This document shows positions 9,037-18,343 of a stretch of DNA of 64,000 nucleotides, piece after piece (position 1 is the stretch's first letter; every line of letters starts with the position of its first letter). The stretch is taken from IMG/VR virus record IMGVR_UViG_3300034072_000926, positions 124,001 through 188,000 of that record. The stretch is one strand, 5' to 3'. Made by a program: the position numbers and the translations under genes. The notes beneath the pieces were generated by a model. That model saw only the letters and a list, made by a program, of their open reading frames with translations. It was not told the DNA's origin and did not search any database.

Positions 9037-11430
9037 TTACTGGAACAACGCGCCGAGGTCGTCGCCGGTTGCTACAATACGGACTGGAATGTAGATGAAC
9101 TCGATTGCCTGCATTGGCTGGATAGCAATATCCACCCAAAGCTCGTGGCGGTCGATACGCTCTGGAGTGTTGTTGGATTCGTCGCAGACTACGATGAAGT
9201 CGTAGAGGCCGCGCAGACCAACAAGGTCAGCCATGAAGCGTTCGAACGAGGTCCTAACTGCATCGCGAGTCTGGAAGTCGTTTGGCTCGAAGAGGAATGG
9301 CTTCGAGAGGTTATCCAGGTTGTAACGCAGGTAGTTGATCAAACGAGCAACATTGATACGATCCAGCGAGGTTTCCAGATTGTGACGGGTCTTCTGACCA
9401 TACACAACCAGACCACGGTTTGGAATGTATGCAATTGGGTTGATCTTGTTCGAGTAAAGGATATCACGCTGACCGTTGTTCAGCATTGCTGCCTTGAACT
9501 CACCCTCATCATCCAAGTAACCAACGCTCGATGCGTTAGTGACCAGACCACGGTTAAAGCCTGCAGGTGCCATCCACTGGTAAGCAACCGAGTCGTTGTA
9601 AGCGAGAGTGCGTAGAGCAATGGTCGAAGGTGGGACCATGATCTCGTTACCGTCGACGTTGGTGCTCAGACCCCATGGGTAATACATACCAACATATGGG
9701 TTGAAAGTGCTGACGCCCTCTTCGGTGTTGCCGTTCGCTGCATTGGTTGCGAATGCGGTAACCGATGCACCATCTGGCTTCAAACGAGCAGGAGTATCGC
9801 CGACGATGAAAGCAACTTCCTTCATGTCAGTGTTCAGAGTGACCATTTCGTCAATCAGCTCAATGTAGCCTGGGGCTGCGAGCAGGTTGAAGTAAACAGT
9901 TTCTGCACGGATGTCGTCGTTCGAGGAGATCGTTGCAGCGAGCTGCTTCACGATCATCTGACGCTGTGCCTTACGACCGAAGAATGGAACACCGTTGATC
10001 TGGTAACCAGATACGTTGGTCCAGGTATCAGTTGCCGCAACATACTGCTTCACATCGTTGGTCGATGCAGAGAGATCGAACAGCTTCATGCCAACTGGGA
10101 AGTTGAGTGCCGAAGTCGATGCAGCTTCGCCGAACGCAATACCGTCGATTGGATCGATATTGTCTTCGGTCGAGATTGCCTTCCAAAGACCGCTATTGTA
10201 ACGATACATCTTTGGATAGTTCTCAAGATCAGAAGTGTCAACCCACAGGTCATTCTCGACCAGAGGTGCACCAGTGCTCTGTGCAGTTGGCTGGCTACCT
10301 AGCAGAAGGACACCGTTGATGTCAGTTGCTGGGTAGAAAGTGCGGTATGGAACCCATGCGCCGTTCTGGTTAACCTTGACGTTGACCGAGAGGTTTGCAT
10401 TGTTATACCACAGAGTGCCATCAGTTGGAGGGCTAGTTGGTTCAGTCGAACCAGCTTCTTCCTTCAGCGATTCCCAGACCGAACCACTGTAACGACGGAA
10501 CTCAAAAACAGCCATGTCATCTTCGTGGCTCAGATAGACCGAACCAGAGACCTGGCCTAGTGCCGACTGACGTGTAACGCTGTAGATTGGAACAAGGGTT
10601 TCATCCCATGCGCCAGTGCCGACGTTGAAAGTCTTCAGCAGCCAAGTTGCCGCAGCCGAGATCGAAGTCACAACATTTGGAGTTTCGAGGACAAGAACGT
10701 CGCCCGCTGCACCAGTTGCTGGACGATAAGTGCTGTAGGTCAGATTTGCGCTACCACCCTTACCAGTCTTCCATGCGCCCGAACCGACAACCTGCCATGC
10801 ACCGGCAAGCTTCTGATACAGAACCTTCTTGTCATAGTAGACGACCATAGCGAAATCGCCATCAGCCGAGTCAGAGATCAAAGGAACCTTCTGACCAGAG
10901 ATCTGTTCAGCTGCAACCTGATCCAGGGAGTCAATGTCATCAACGATCCAGAGATCGCGTTCTGCCCACTCACTACCGGTGTATTCGTAGATACCCCAAG
11001 TGTTGTTTGCAGTGTCCAGCCAATTAGTGCCGTGAGTTGCTTCTGCACGTGGTGCAGTTGCCTTTGGCATCAGCTGTGCGTAGTCGATCGCTGCGCGAAT
11101 GACAAACGCGCGGTTTGCAATACCGAGATACTGGTATGCAGCATGAAGACCGAACTCGTTGAGTTCGTAGCCGTGAACGGAGGTTCCGTTACGGGTGTAG
11201 AAAATTGGATTACCAAACGTCTGGAGGAGCTCGCGCTGGCTCGTAATTGGGTAGAGCTTGTTCGCGTTCTCAGGCAGCGTGCCCTCAGCTACGCCACTAC
11301 CACTTGGTAGCGACTTATATTCGTGAGTGCCGATAATGATCAGCGGAACTGTGCCTTCGCCAGCCGTTGCGTAGTAGGATTCGTCGGTGACGGTAACAGA
11401 CGTACCGGGCGACACTAGAGGATATACCAT
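9037..11430 (-). CDS. gp18: Tail sheath protein, T4 gp18-like, with a large insertion
   Basis: VSPGTSVTVTDES, FGNP, YFNLLAAPGY, AGFNRG, INPI, VYGQKT, LDRINVARL, FEPND motifs. Confidence 0.95.
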   Translation of the reverse strand: MVYPLVSPGTSVTVTDESYYATAGEGTVPLIIIGTHEYKSLPSGSGVAEGTLPENANKLYPITSQRELLQTFGNPIFYTRNGTSVHGYELNEFGLHAAYQYLGIANRAFVIRAAIDYAQLMPKATAPRAEATHGTNWLDTANNTWGIYEYTGSEWAERDLWIVDDIDSLDQVAAEQISGQKVPLISDSADGDFAMVVYYDKKVLYQKLAGAWQVVGSGAWKTGKGGSANLTYSTYRPATGAAGDVLVLETPNVVTSISAAATWLLKTFNVGTGAWDETLVPIYSVTRQSALGQVSGSVYLSHEDDMAVFEFRRYSGSVWESLKEEAGSTEPTSPPTDGTLWYNNANLSVNVKVNQNGAWVPYRTFYPATDINGVLLLGSQPTAQSTGAPLVENDLWVDTSDLENYPKMYRYNSGLWKAISTEDNIDPIDGIAFGEAASTSALNFPVGMKLFDLSASTNDVKQYVAATDTWTNVSGYQINGVPFFGRKAQRQMIVKQLAATISSNDDIRAETVYFNLLAAPGYIELIDEMVTLNTDMKEVAFIVGDTPARLKPDGASVTAFATNAANGNTEEGVSTFNPYVGMYYPWGLSTNVDGNEIMVPPSTIALRTLAYNDSVAYQWMAPAGFNRGLVTNASSVGYLDDEGEFKAAMLNNGQRDILYSNKINPIAYIPNRGLVVYGQKTRHNLETSLDRINVARLINYLRYNLDNLSKPFLFEPNDFQTRDAVRTSFERFMADLVGLRGLYDFIVVCDESNNTPERIDRHELWVDIAIQPMQAIEFIYIPVRIVATGDDLGALFQ

Positions 11431-11534
11431 AAACCAGCCCCTTTACAAACGGTGGATTCTCGTTACTGGTATTTATCCAACGGGCTGGTAACTGGGGTGT
11501 ATTATGCGCTAGGTTAACGCCAACTTATCTGATA

Positions 11535-12155
11535 CTATGCAGATTTTTCTTCATCGGGCTTTTTCCAACCAAATAGGTTGCGGATTGCCCACTTTCCTGC
11601 ATCATTGAGATCACGAGTTCCAATGCCGGCCCAGACACCCGAGGGCTTGGGAGGACATTCGATTTCCTTCCAACCAGCTTTCCACTGAAACCACTTCTCT
11701 TGCTTCTGATCGAAGACATAAATGGGAAGAGGTTCAAACATTGCTTCCTTGGCAAAACGATCAAGGAACATCTGGACTGCCCATCCTGTTCCGCCTGTGA
11801 CTAGCCCCTTGTGATCTATTTCTGCCACTGCATAGACAGATTCAGACCATGCGACCTGATACCAGTTACGTCTCAGAAGCGATTTAACGCCCAACGAGCG
11901 GTTCCCTGGCCAGCTACGCTTCAGCGTTCTGCTTGCCCGTTTCAGGACACTGTCGGCTTTCTCAAGCTGTTCCTGGGTAAGTCTGATGAGTTCCTGCCGG
12001 GGCGCATCACTCTTGTGATTTTCATAAGACCAATGAATAACAGACTGACCATCACGACCAGCATTCATGCCCCACTGGAGATCCGAACCAATCGCACCTC
12101 CACTGAGACAGATGTTACCCTTTAGAGCTTCGAAAAGTGGTTCGTCAGTAGACAT
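11535..12155 (-). CDS. Putative SLOG-superfamily (cpYpsA-like) protein
   Basis: LSGGAIGSD, YAVAEID..GGTGWAV and C-terminal AGIGTR motifs. Confidence 0.45.
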   Translation of the reverse strand: MSTDEPLFEALKGNICLSGGAIGSDLQWGMNAGRDGQSVIHWSYENHKSDAPRQELIRLTQEQLEKADSVLKRASRTLKRSWPGNRSLGVKSLLRRNWYQVAWSESVYAVAEIDHKGLVTGGTGWAVQMFLDRFAKEAMFEPLPIYVFDQKQEKWFQWKAGWKEIECPPKPSGVWAGIGTRDLNDAGKWAIRNLFGWKKPDEEKSA

Positions 12156-12784
12156 TCAGCTTTTCCATATAGATCAGCGATCGTTCCATCATTCTCGATG
12201 AGTTCTGCTGATTGATTCAACCATGCCCACTCAGAGATATGGATCTTAGGATAGCGTTCCTTCATAGTATCCTGGAACCATTCACGACCCATCGCAGCCT
12301 GGCGGGCAAACTCGAACCATTCTGGATCAGGACCACGCTTTACGCGGAAGAGCAAGCCATTATGCTGAGTAATGAGTTGACATTCGTTAGGGAAGCGACA
12401 GTCAGTGATGACAACCTTTTCCTTGCCACGCAAACGAGCCTCTAGACTCTTGATCCAGATGCTATCATCGAAATGTTTGCGGAGGATGTCAGTGCCAAAC
12501 ACCTGCATGGCTACCCTTGGAGTGAATCGACCCAAATATGCGCCTGGGCTGTTCTTCCAATCTAGCTTGGCTTCCCACCACTCATCCGGAGTTTCTCGCC
12601 ATTCACGAGAATCAACAGTGTTGCCTTCCAAGAGGGCACGGTCCCAACCGAATACGGCAGCGAGAAGATCTTTTAGTGGATTTGCGAAGCTTTCAACGGC
12701 AAAGCCGTGTTCGCGGACAAGATACTCTCCAACGGTATCCTTGCCCGAACCCTTGAAACCAAGGATTCCGATAACTTGAACCAT
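12122..12784 (-). CDS. Deoxynucleoside monophosphate kinase, T4 gp1-like
   Basis: GFKGSGKDTV P-loop, SFANPLK, TPRVAMQVFGT, VITDCRFPNE, HISE, IENDGTI. Confidence 0.92.
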   Translation of the reverse strand: MVQVIGILGFKGSGKDTVGEYLVREHGFAVESFANPLKDLLAAVFGWDRALLEGNTVDSREWRETPDEWWEAKLDWKNSPGAYLGRFTPRVAMQVFGTDILRKHFDDSIWIKSLEARLRGKEKVVITDCRFPNECQLITQHNGLLFRVKRGPDPEWFEFARQAAMGREWFQDTMKERYPKIHISEWAWLNQSAELIENDGTIADLYGKAECLLTNHFSKL

Positions 12785-12840
12785 ATATCACCTGTTATGT
12801 TTTCCTCCAACATAACAGGTGATAGCCAGGTTGTCAGTAT

Positions 12841-13188
12841 TCAGCCGAGCGTCAATTCCTTGAGGCGCGCAATAGCCTCACAATGGATAGGAACGATGAA
12901 CAGCTTACCGCAGATACCAAGAGGGTCAGCAGGCTTCTTGAGCTCTTCGATCATCCCTTCGATTTCATCCTGTGAAATTTCCTGTCCAGCTTCCAAGGCC
13001 AGAATCATCTTCGCTGCATCGAGATGCAACTGGGGACGAGGAAATTCTTCGTTGAAATCTCGGGTGACAGACATCTTCCCATCAATGGGTCCTAGACCAT
13101 CGGTGATAGGAATTTCATAGATCCCTCCAAGCCGACGAACCAGCGAGGAGGGATCATACCATTCCGGGGCCGCGTAAGGATCAGTCAT
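12841..13188 (-). CDS. Hypothetical protein
   Basis: 115 aa ORF overlapping the upstream stop. Confidence 0.65.
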   Translation of the reverse strand: MTDPYAAPEWYDPSSLVRRLGGIYEIPITDGLGPIDGKMSVTRDFNEEFPRPQLHLDAAKMILALEAGQEISQDEIEGMIEELKKPADPLGICGKLFIVPIHCEAIARLKELTLG

Positions 13189-13669
13189 TCGGGTAGAGGC
13201 CGAACGACCGCAGCAGAACCTTCAGGGGTTCCTTGTCGCCGAACACGTAGGCAGTGGTAACTTCCTTACGGAAGCAGACCTTGTAACCCGGAGGACCCGA
13301 AACAGGATCCATCGTGTGAACCGAAGGGTCGATCAGACCAGCCAATTCATAGTCGACCAGATAGGGGTAGGTCGGATCAACAACTAGATCCGCGACGAAA
13401 CCCAGCTTCTTGGCAGCTTCGACTACCGCGCCGATGGTCTTGAAGTCCAGCTGGTTCTTGTCGCCCAGCGCAATGGTCGTGCCGAAACCGCCGGCCATGC
13501 GATGCCATTCCATGACATCTTCATTGGGCTCTTCGCCCTTGCTCATCGGCATCACGACTTCGCGCCACGTCATTTGATTGCCGGCGTGCATCGCGTGGGC
13601 AATTGCCTTGCCGGCACCGAGGCTCGGCAGATCCGTGCGAACCAGGCAATATGCGAAAAGATCTTTCAA
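13181..13669 (-). CDS. Peptidyl-tRNA hydrolase type 2 (Pth2)-like protein
   Basis: YCLVRTDLPSLGAGKAIAHAMHAG resembles the Pth2 motif VRxDLxMxxGKxxAQxxHA. TTG start after AGGAGG; TTGACA promoter at 13717-13722. Confidence 0.55.
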   Translation of the reverse strand: MKDLFAYCLVRTDLPSLGAGKAIAHAMHAGNQMTWREVVMPMSKGEEPNEDVMEWHRMAGGFGTTIALGDKNQLDFKTIGAVVEAAKKLGFVADLVVDPTYPYLVDYELAGLIDPSVHTMDPVSGPPGYKVCFRKEVTTAYVFGDKEPLKVLLRSFGLYPND

Positions 13670-13725
13670 ATGAGCCTCCTGTAAAGTTTCCACACCTATA
13701 ACACAGGATTTCCTGTTGTCAAGCG

Positions 13726-14169
13726 TTAGAACTTCTCCAGACATTTTGATGCGTATTTGACTGCATCAGATTTGTTGGAGAACCAGGGCAGCGTCATGAA
13801 GCCTTCAGAGCGAGCATAATAGCTTGTGATGACATTTGCCATTTTGATATCATTGGGTTTTCCGTTCAGGTTCTCCCAATCGACTAGGTCCTGGATCGAA
13901 TCAATCGACCCATCCTTGGTGGATATAATCCTCGGATTTGTGAGGGTATGGATTGAGATTTTGATCTCAGAATTGGACTTATCGGACAGAACATAATAGA
14001 TCGAAGAATTGGGCAGACCAATAACCTGTTCGGGGAAGATCAAGGCGCTTCGATAATTCTTAAACTTCGCAACTCGTTCTTGATAGACCTCTGACAGCTT
14101 TGGATTGACCGAGAGGATACGCCAGGCCATATAGCCTTTTGTGTGAACCTTTTTGAAATCAATCTGCAT
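13726..14169 (-). CDS. Hypothetical protein
   Basis: 147 aa ORF in a tightly overlapping operon. Confidence 0.6.
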   Translation of the reverse strand: MQIDFKKVHTKGYMAWRILSVNPKLSEVYQERVAKFKNYRSALIFPEQVIGLPNSSIYYVLSDKSNSEIKISIHTLTNPRIISTKDGSIDSIQDLVDWENLNGKPNDIKMANVITSYYARSEGFMTLPWFSNKSDAVKYASKCLEKF

Positions 14170-14548
14170 AACCGGGCCTCAACCAAGGACAACATTGGTA
14201 TATACGTTCTTCTGCCCAAGCTTCAAGCTCTGTTTTGGGCATCTTGATTCGTTCACCCATTCCCATACCAAGTGAGATAAAAAGGCTGTCCTTACCAAAA
14301 GTATTATAAACTAAGCCAGAACGACGGAGTTCATTCAATCCCACATTGACGTTGAGTTGAAATTGATCCTTAAACTCTCGATAGCTTTTATCATAGAGTT
14401 CCGGGATTTCTAGGTCAGGCTCTAATGACCGGCAGAGAGAATCCCAGCCGACCATTCCATATCGCTGTTTACCAGAGAGCTTTTGGAATAGGATAACTTT
14501 TACGACATGATTGAAAACGTGAATTGCCGAATAAGGTTCTTCAGTCAT
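14159..14548 (-). CDS. Hypothetical protein
   Basis: 129 aa ORF overlapping its neighbours. Confidence 0.6.
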   Translation of the reverse strand: MTEEPYSAIHVFNHVVKVILFQKLSGKQRYGMVGWDSLCRSLEPDLEIPELYDKSYREFKDQFQLNVNVGLNELRRSGLVYNTFGKDSLFISLGMGMGERIKMPKTELEAWAEERIYQCCPWLRPGYAD

Positions 14549-15194
14549 CCGATGACCAACCCGAGACTACGATCTTCTTCTCGTCCCAGTCCACATTTGC
14601 ATAGGAGCCACACTGGTGACCATAGCCGTCGGGACGATGGGTCATAATCCAGCCACAGGGCCGCCAGTGATCGAAAGTCACATCTTCGGGAATTGTCCAG
14701 CCTTGTGCCAGCAGATAGTCACGAACCTGATCATCATCGAGGTTCAGAATGTCCTCATAGTCGGGATGCTCAGCAGCAAGACGTTCAAGCATCTTGTCCT
14801 GTCCGGCTTTCTTTGCCGCAGCGAGTTTTTCCTTCGACCAGGTGTCGACCTTGGCGCGCCATTCCTCGTAGGCAGGCAGCGTCTTGAGAACACCAGGCTT
14901 GGGCAGTTCAACATATACACGAGCGCGCTTGCCCGTGCCGCGCGTTATCGTGTAATTCTTGTGAGCATTCGAATAGACCAGACCGACCAGTGAGAAGATG
15001 GAATGAAATGCCTTGCTGGCATCAACTTCCAGATCCATCACCTCGCCATTGCTGGCGGTCAGAGTAATGGGGAAGGTATTGAGGCGAAGCTTGTCGTATT
15101 CCTGGAAGACTCGGGTGCGTTCAGACATCTCAATAGCCGTGCCTTCATGGTAGCCATAAAATGCGCGGTAGAGGTCTTCAATGCTTGCCATCAT
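14541..15194 (-). CDS. Hypothetical protein
   Basis: 217 aa ORF with GGAG RBS. Confidence 0.7.
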   Translation of the reverse strand: MMASIEDLYRAFYGYHEGTAIEMSERTRVFQEYDKLRLNTFPITLTASNGEVMDLEVDASKAFHSIFSLVGLVYSNAHKNYTITRGTGKRARVYVELPKPGVLKTLPAYEEWRAKVDTWSKEKLAAAKKAGQDKMLERLAAEHPDYEDILNLDDDQVRDYLLAQGWTIPEDVTFDHWRPCGWIMTHRPDGYGHQCGSYANVDWDEKKIVVSGWSSDD

Positions 15195-15230
15195 AATCTC
15201 CTGTGCTCTTGCCTCAACTTTAGCACCAGG

Positions 15231-15668
15231 TTAGTCCAAGTCAACAGAAATTTTCAATGGACGACGGCCGATCCAAAAGCCCCATTTGTCATCCATAATG
15301 CCACGAACTATAGCATCGTTCCATCCTGGCTCGAAACCTGGATTCGAACAAAAGCTATTCGCTCGATAAGCATCAAGAAGCTTGGGTTGATAGTAGGTCG
15401 GATGGTTCTCGACCTGTTCTTCAATGTAATGATGGCTTTTGAGGAATCGGAGAGGATAACCGATCTTGCAATCAAGAACGAGCAACTTGGTTCTCAGCTC
15501 TAGTTCTGACCAATTGTCATACATCTTTGCCGCGATATCTGCAGAGCGATGAAACTCGTCTTCTTTGCCGGCCAACTTGCCCATGACCTTCAATCGCATC
15601 AAGGTTTTCCACACATCAAAAGGATGTGCGTTTCGCATTGCCTTTTCGGGATTGATTCTACGAGCCAT
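15231..15668 (-). CDS. Hypothetical protein
   Basis: 145 aa ORF downstream of a TTGACA promoter near 15697-15702. Confidence 0.65.
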   Translation of the reverse strand: MARRINPEKAMRNAHPFDVWKTLMRLKVMGKLAGKEDEFHRSADIAAKMYDNWSELELRTKLLVLDCKIGYPLRFLKSHHYIEEQVENHPTYYQPKLLDAYRANSFCSNPGFEPGWNDAIVRGIMDDKWGFWIGRRPLKISVDLD

Positions 15669-15957
15669 TTCTGACTCGTAGCATCTCTTGCCTGTTTGTC
15701 AAGGGGCAGGAAACCCGCGGCGTTATCCTCTGACTCAAATTCAAAGAACGATTCTTCCTGAGCTATGAGAAGGAAGAATCGTGCGCCTCTGGCATTTAAT
15801 TATAGGAAAAATGGGAAATCCATGTTATCTGGGTATACCCGCTGGGCGGGTACATCTAGTCAACCTGCTTTTCTATTGTTTCTCTAATCAAATACCGGAG
15901 TAGCTTATATTATATAGTCGAAGAGATAATCAGAAAGAACGACACAGTATCATAAGC

Positions 15958-16701
15958 TTAACCAATCAAGAACCCGTAACCCATAGCCTGTTCAACCGAG
16001 TTAGCGATTTCCTGTAAGAGGTTATCCATCTCCATCTGACCCTCAGACTTCAAAGCATCGCCGTTCAAGGTAGTGCCACCCTGTGGACCAACGAATGTGC
16101 CAAAGCGCGAACGTGCTTCACCCAACATGACCTTACACTGAGCAGTTGCGAATCGTAGGATCCAAGGACGAGCATAAGGATCGCTTAGGATCTGTTCCTC
16201 TGGACGATGGCAGTAGATCCAAAGCATTACAGTCTCAACGGCTTGTGGACGACGCATGATATCTAGGCGATGTGGAACAGGATGCCAGTTGAACATGATG
16301 TGGAAACCAAACATCGTGCCGACCAGTTCCTGGAAGCCAGTGAATAGTTCATAGGTCACTAGGCTTGGAACGGAACCAGTTCCCAATAGGGTCTGGTTTG
16401 CAAATGCGGCTGCAAATGGTTCAAAGTCAGCACCTTGTCCCGAAATAATACCACCATTGCCATAACGCATGATCTGACGCACTTCGATGACTTCATCAGG
16501 TAAGGTGTATTGGTTCTGATCAGGCTGTAATTGCAGGAAGGTGAAACGCTCTTCCACCGAGTTGCTCGAACGCTGACGATATGTAGCGAGAGCAAACGTG
16601 ATTGCATCCTCATAGTGATCATCGGTCAATTCAACATCGACCATTCCGCCACCTAGACGACGGTAAACTTCACGCTTCAGTAGTTCTCTTTGGGTCTGCA
16701 T
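15958..16701 (-). CDS. Neck protein, T4 gp13-like
   Basis: LGGGMVDVELTDDHYE, QYTLPDEVIEV, GEARSRF..GPQGGTTLNGDALK motifs; structural context. Confidence 0.75.
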   Translation of the reverse strand: MQTQRELLKREVYRRLGGGMVDVELTDDHYEDAITFALATYRQRSSNSVEERFTFLQLQPDQNQYTLPDEVIEVRQIMRYGNGGIISGQGADFEPFAAAFANQTLLGTGSVPSLVTYELFTGFQELVGTMFGFHIMFNWHPVPHRLDIMRRPQAVETVMLWIYCHRPEEQILSDPYARPWILRFATAQCKVMLGEARSRFGTFVGPQGGTTLNGDALKSEGQMEMDNLLQEIANSVEQAMGYGFLIG

Positions 16702-16725
16702 TGTCCGATCCTCCCATTGCTACTC

Positions 16726-16746
16726 TATTTACCGACCCAATAAATA
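16726..16746. promoter_or_regulatory. Back-to-back late promoters (TAAATA)
   Basis: TAAATA on the minus strand at 16726-16731 and on the plus strand at 16741-16746, between divergent neck genes. Confidence 0.65.
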
Positions 16747-16770
16747 AAGGGTAAATCTGGAGGATCGGAC

Positions 16771-17895
16771 ATGTCAATGATGCAAATGTGGGACCGCAAG
16801 AAAGGTCACAATCACGACTTTATTGACCGACAGGTTCGTGAGCAATTCCGTATCGGTGGTTGCGAAGTTCTATGTCACAAATATCTAGGTGTCCATGACC
16901 AGGGCGAGCAAGGTGACGCGACTCAGCCTAGTGCCGCTAAGTCTAAGCTAAAGGGTATTCGTCAGATCCAGGACTTGTTCTTCCTTGAGAACAGGGACAG
17001 GGCATATGACACGAATGTCTATGAACTCCGCGGTGCATACAATGTTCAGGACTACGAGTTCAACATGACTCAGTTCGCATTGTTCCTCGATACTGATACA
17101 CTCTATTTGGAATTCCACATTCGAGACACTGTGGACAAGATCGGTCGCAAGCTTATGAGCGGAGACGTGTTGGAGTTTCCCCATCTCCGCGACGAGATGC
17201 TCCTTGAGGAAGATGCTCCGGCGGTCAATAAGTTCTATGTAGTTCAAGACGTTACACGAGCGGCAGGCGGTTGGGCCCAGAACTGGCGCCCATATCTCTT
17301 CCGTGTAAAGCTGAAACCTCTCACCGATAGCCAGGAATACAAGGACATTTTGAACCAAGCCGCAATCGGACCTGATGGCGATGATAGTGGTTTCAATGTT
17401 CGTGACCTTATCAGCGATTTTAGGGATCAAATCGGTATCTCTGATGCGATTGCAGAACAAGCAGAAGCTGAAGTTCCGTATCGCAACTTTGAGACTGCTC
17501 ACTTCTATGTCGTTCCAGGTGATGAAATGGGCAAGCAATATCCATGGATCTTTGCAGGTGACGGTAAACCACCAAATGGCGCAGAACTAGCAGGATCAGG
17601 AACCAGCTTCCCGTCCGAACCCAATCCAGGTGATTGGTTCCTCCATACCGGCATGGAACCAAATGTGCTCTACCAGTTTGCTGGAAACGTAGAGCTTGAT
17701 CCATTCGGTGATCCTCAACCAGCCCCCGGTGGCACTTGGCAGCGTCGAGAAGTTGACCTCCGTAAGAAATGGCAGGCAGCTCATAGGATTCTACAGAGTC
17801 ACATCAATAACAACAATTCGGCCATGATCGGTGGCGAAGAAGTCAAAGAAAAGCAGATGCTTTCTAAGGTCATCAAACCGAAGGCAGACTTTTAA
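16771..17895 (+). CDS. Neck/head closure protein, T4 gp14-like
   Basis: IQDLFFLENRDRAYD, IGRKLMSGDVLEFPHL, FYVVQDV motifs. Confidence 0.7.
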   Translation: MSMMQMWDRKKGHNHDFIDRQVREQFRIGGCEVLCHKYLGVHDQGEQGDATQPSAAKSKLKGIRQIQDLFFLENRDRAYDTNVYELRGAYNVQDYEFNMTQFALFLDTDTLYLEFHIRDTVDKIGRKLMSGDVLEFPHLRDEMLLEEDAPAVNKFYVVQDVTRAAGGWAQNWRPYLFRVKLKPLTDSQEYKDILNQAAIGPDGDDSGFNVRDLISDFRDQIGISDAIAEQAEAEVPYRNFETAHFYVVPGDEMGKQYPWIFAGDGKPPNGAELAGSGTSFPSEPNPGDWFLHTGMEPNVLYQFAGNVELDPFGDPQPAPGGTWQRREVDLRKKWQAAHRILQSHINNNNSAMIGGEEVKEKQMLSKVIKPKADF

Positions 17896-17906
17896 GGAGA
17901 GTAGAA

Positions 17907-18335
17907 ATGAAGATTGGTAAAAAGGGTCTAGACCTTATCAAGAGCTTCGAAGGTTTCGAACCAAAGGCATATATCTGTCCAGCAGGTGTTTTGACCATTG
18001 GTTATGGCACCACTTCGAATGTTAAGAAAAACCAGATTGTTACTGAATCACAGGCAACCGACCTGTTGATGAAGGATTGCACAAAGTTCGAAAAGGTTGT
18101 TAATGCCTCGGTCAAGGTCCCACTGACTCAGAATCAGTTCGATGCGCTTGTGAGCTTTGTCTACAATGTTGGTCCAGGTAACTTCCAGGCTTCGACTTTG
18201 TTGAAAGTTCTCAACGCAGGCAGGTATGATCAGGTTGCTGCTCAGATGCTTCGTTGGAATAAGGGCGGTGGCAAGGTGCTTGCTGGCCTAACTCGTCGCC
18301 GCAAGGCTGAGGGTGTGCTCTTCAATACGAAGTGA
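17907..18335 (+). CDS. Phage lysozyme (GH24)
   Basis: LIKSFEG, CPAGVLTIGYG, LTQNQFDALVSFVYNVG, GLTRRRKAE. Confidence 0.95.
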   Translation: MKIGKKGLDLIKSFEGFEPKAYICPAGVLTIGYGTTSNVKKNQIVTESQATDLLMKDCTKFEKVVNASVKVPLTQNQFDALVSFVYNVGPGNFQASTLLKVLNAGRYDQVAAQMLRWNKGGGKVLAGLTRRRKAEGVLFNTK

Positions 18336-18343
18336 GGTAAGCT

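Noticed and set aside
8396-9094. Short ORFs within the 8.1-8.9 kb region
   Set aside because: Overlapping on both strands with no RBS or codon bias; dense UNCG-capped stems favour an RNA.
15700-15860. Possible pseudogene reading FFEFESEDNAAGF, resembling the small-protein family
   Set aside because: Interrupted by TAA and explained by two hairpins (CGATTCTTCCT/AGGAAGAATCG; GTACCCGC/GCGGGTAT) and a promoter; probably coincidental.
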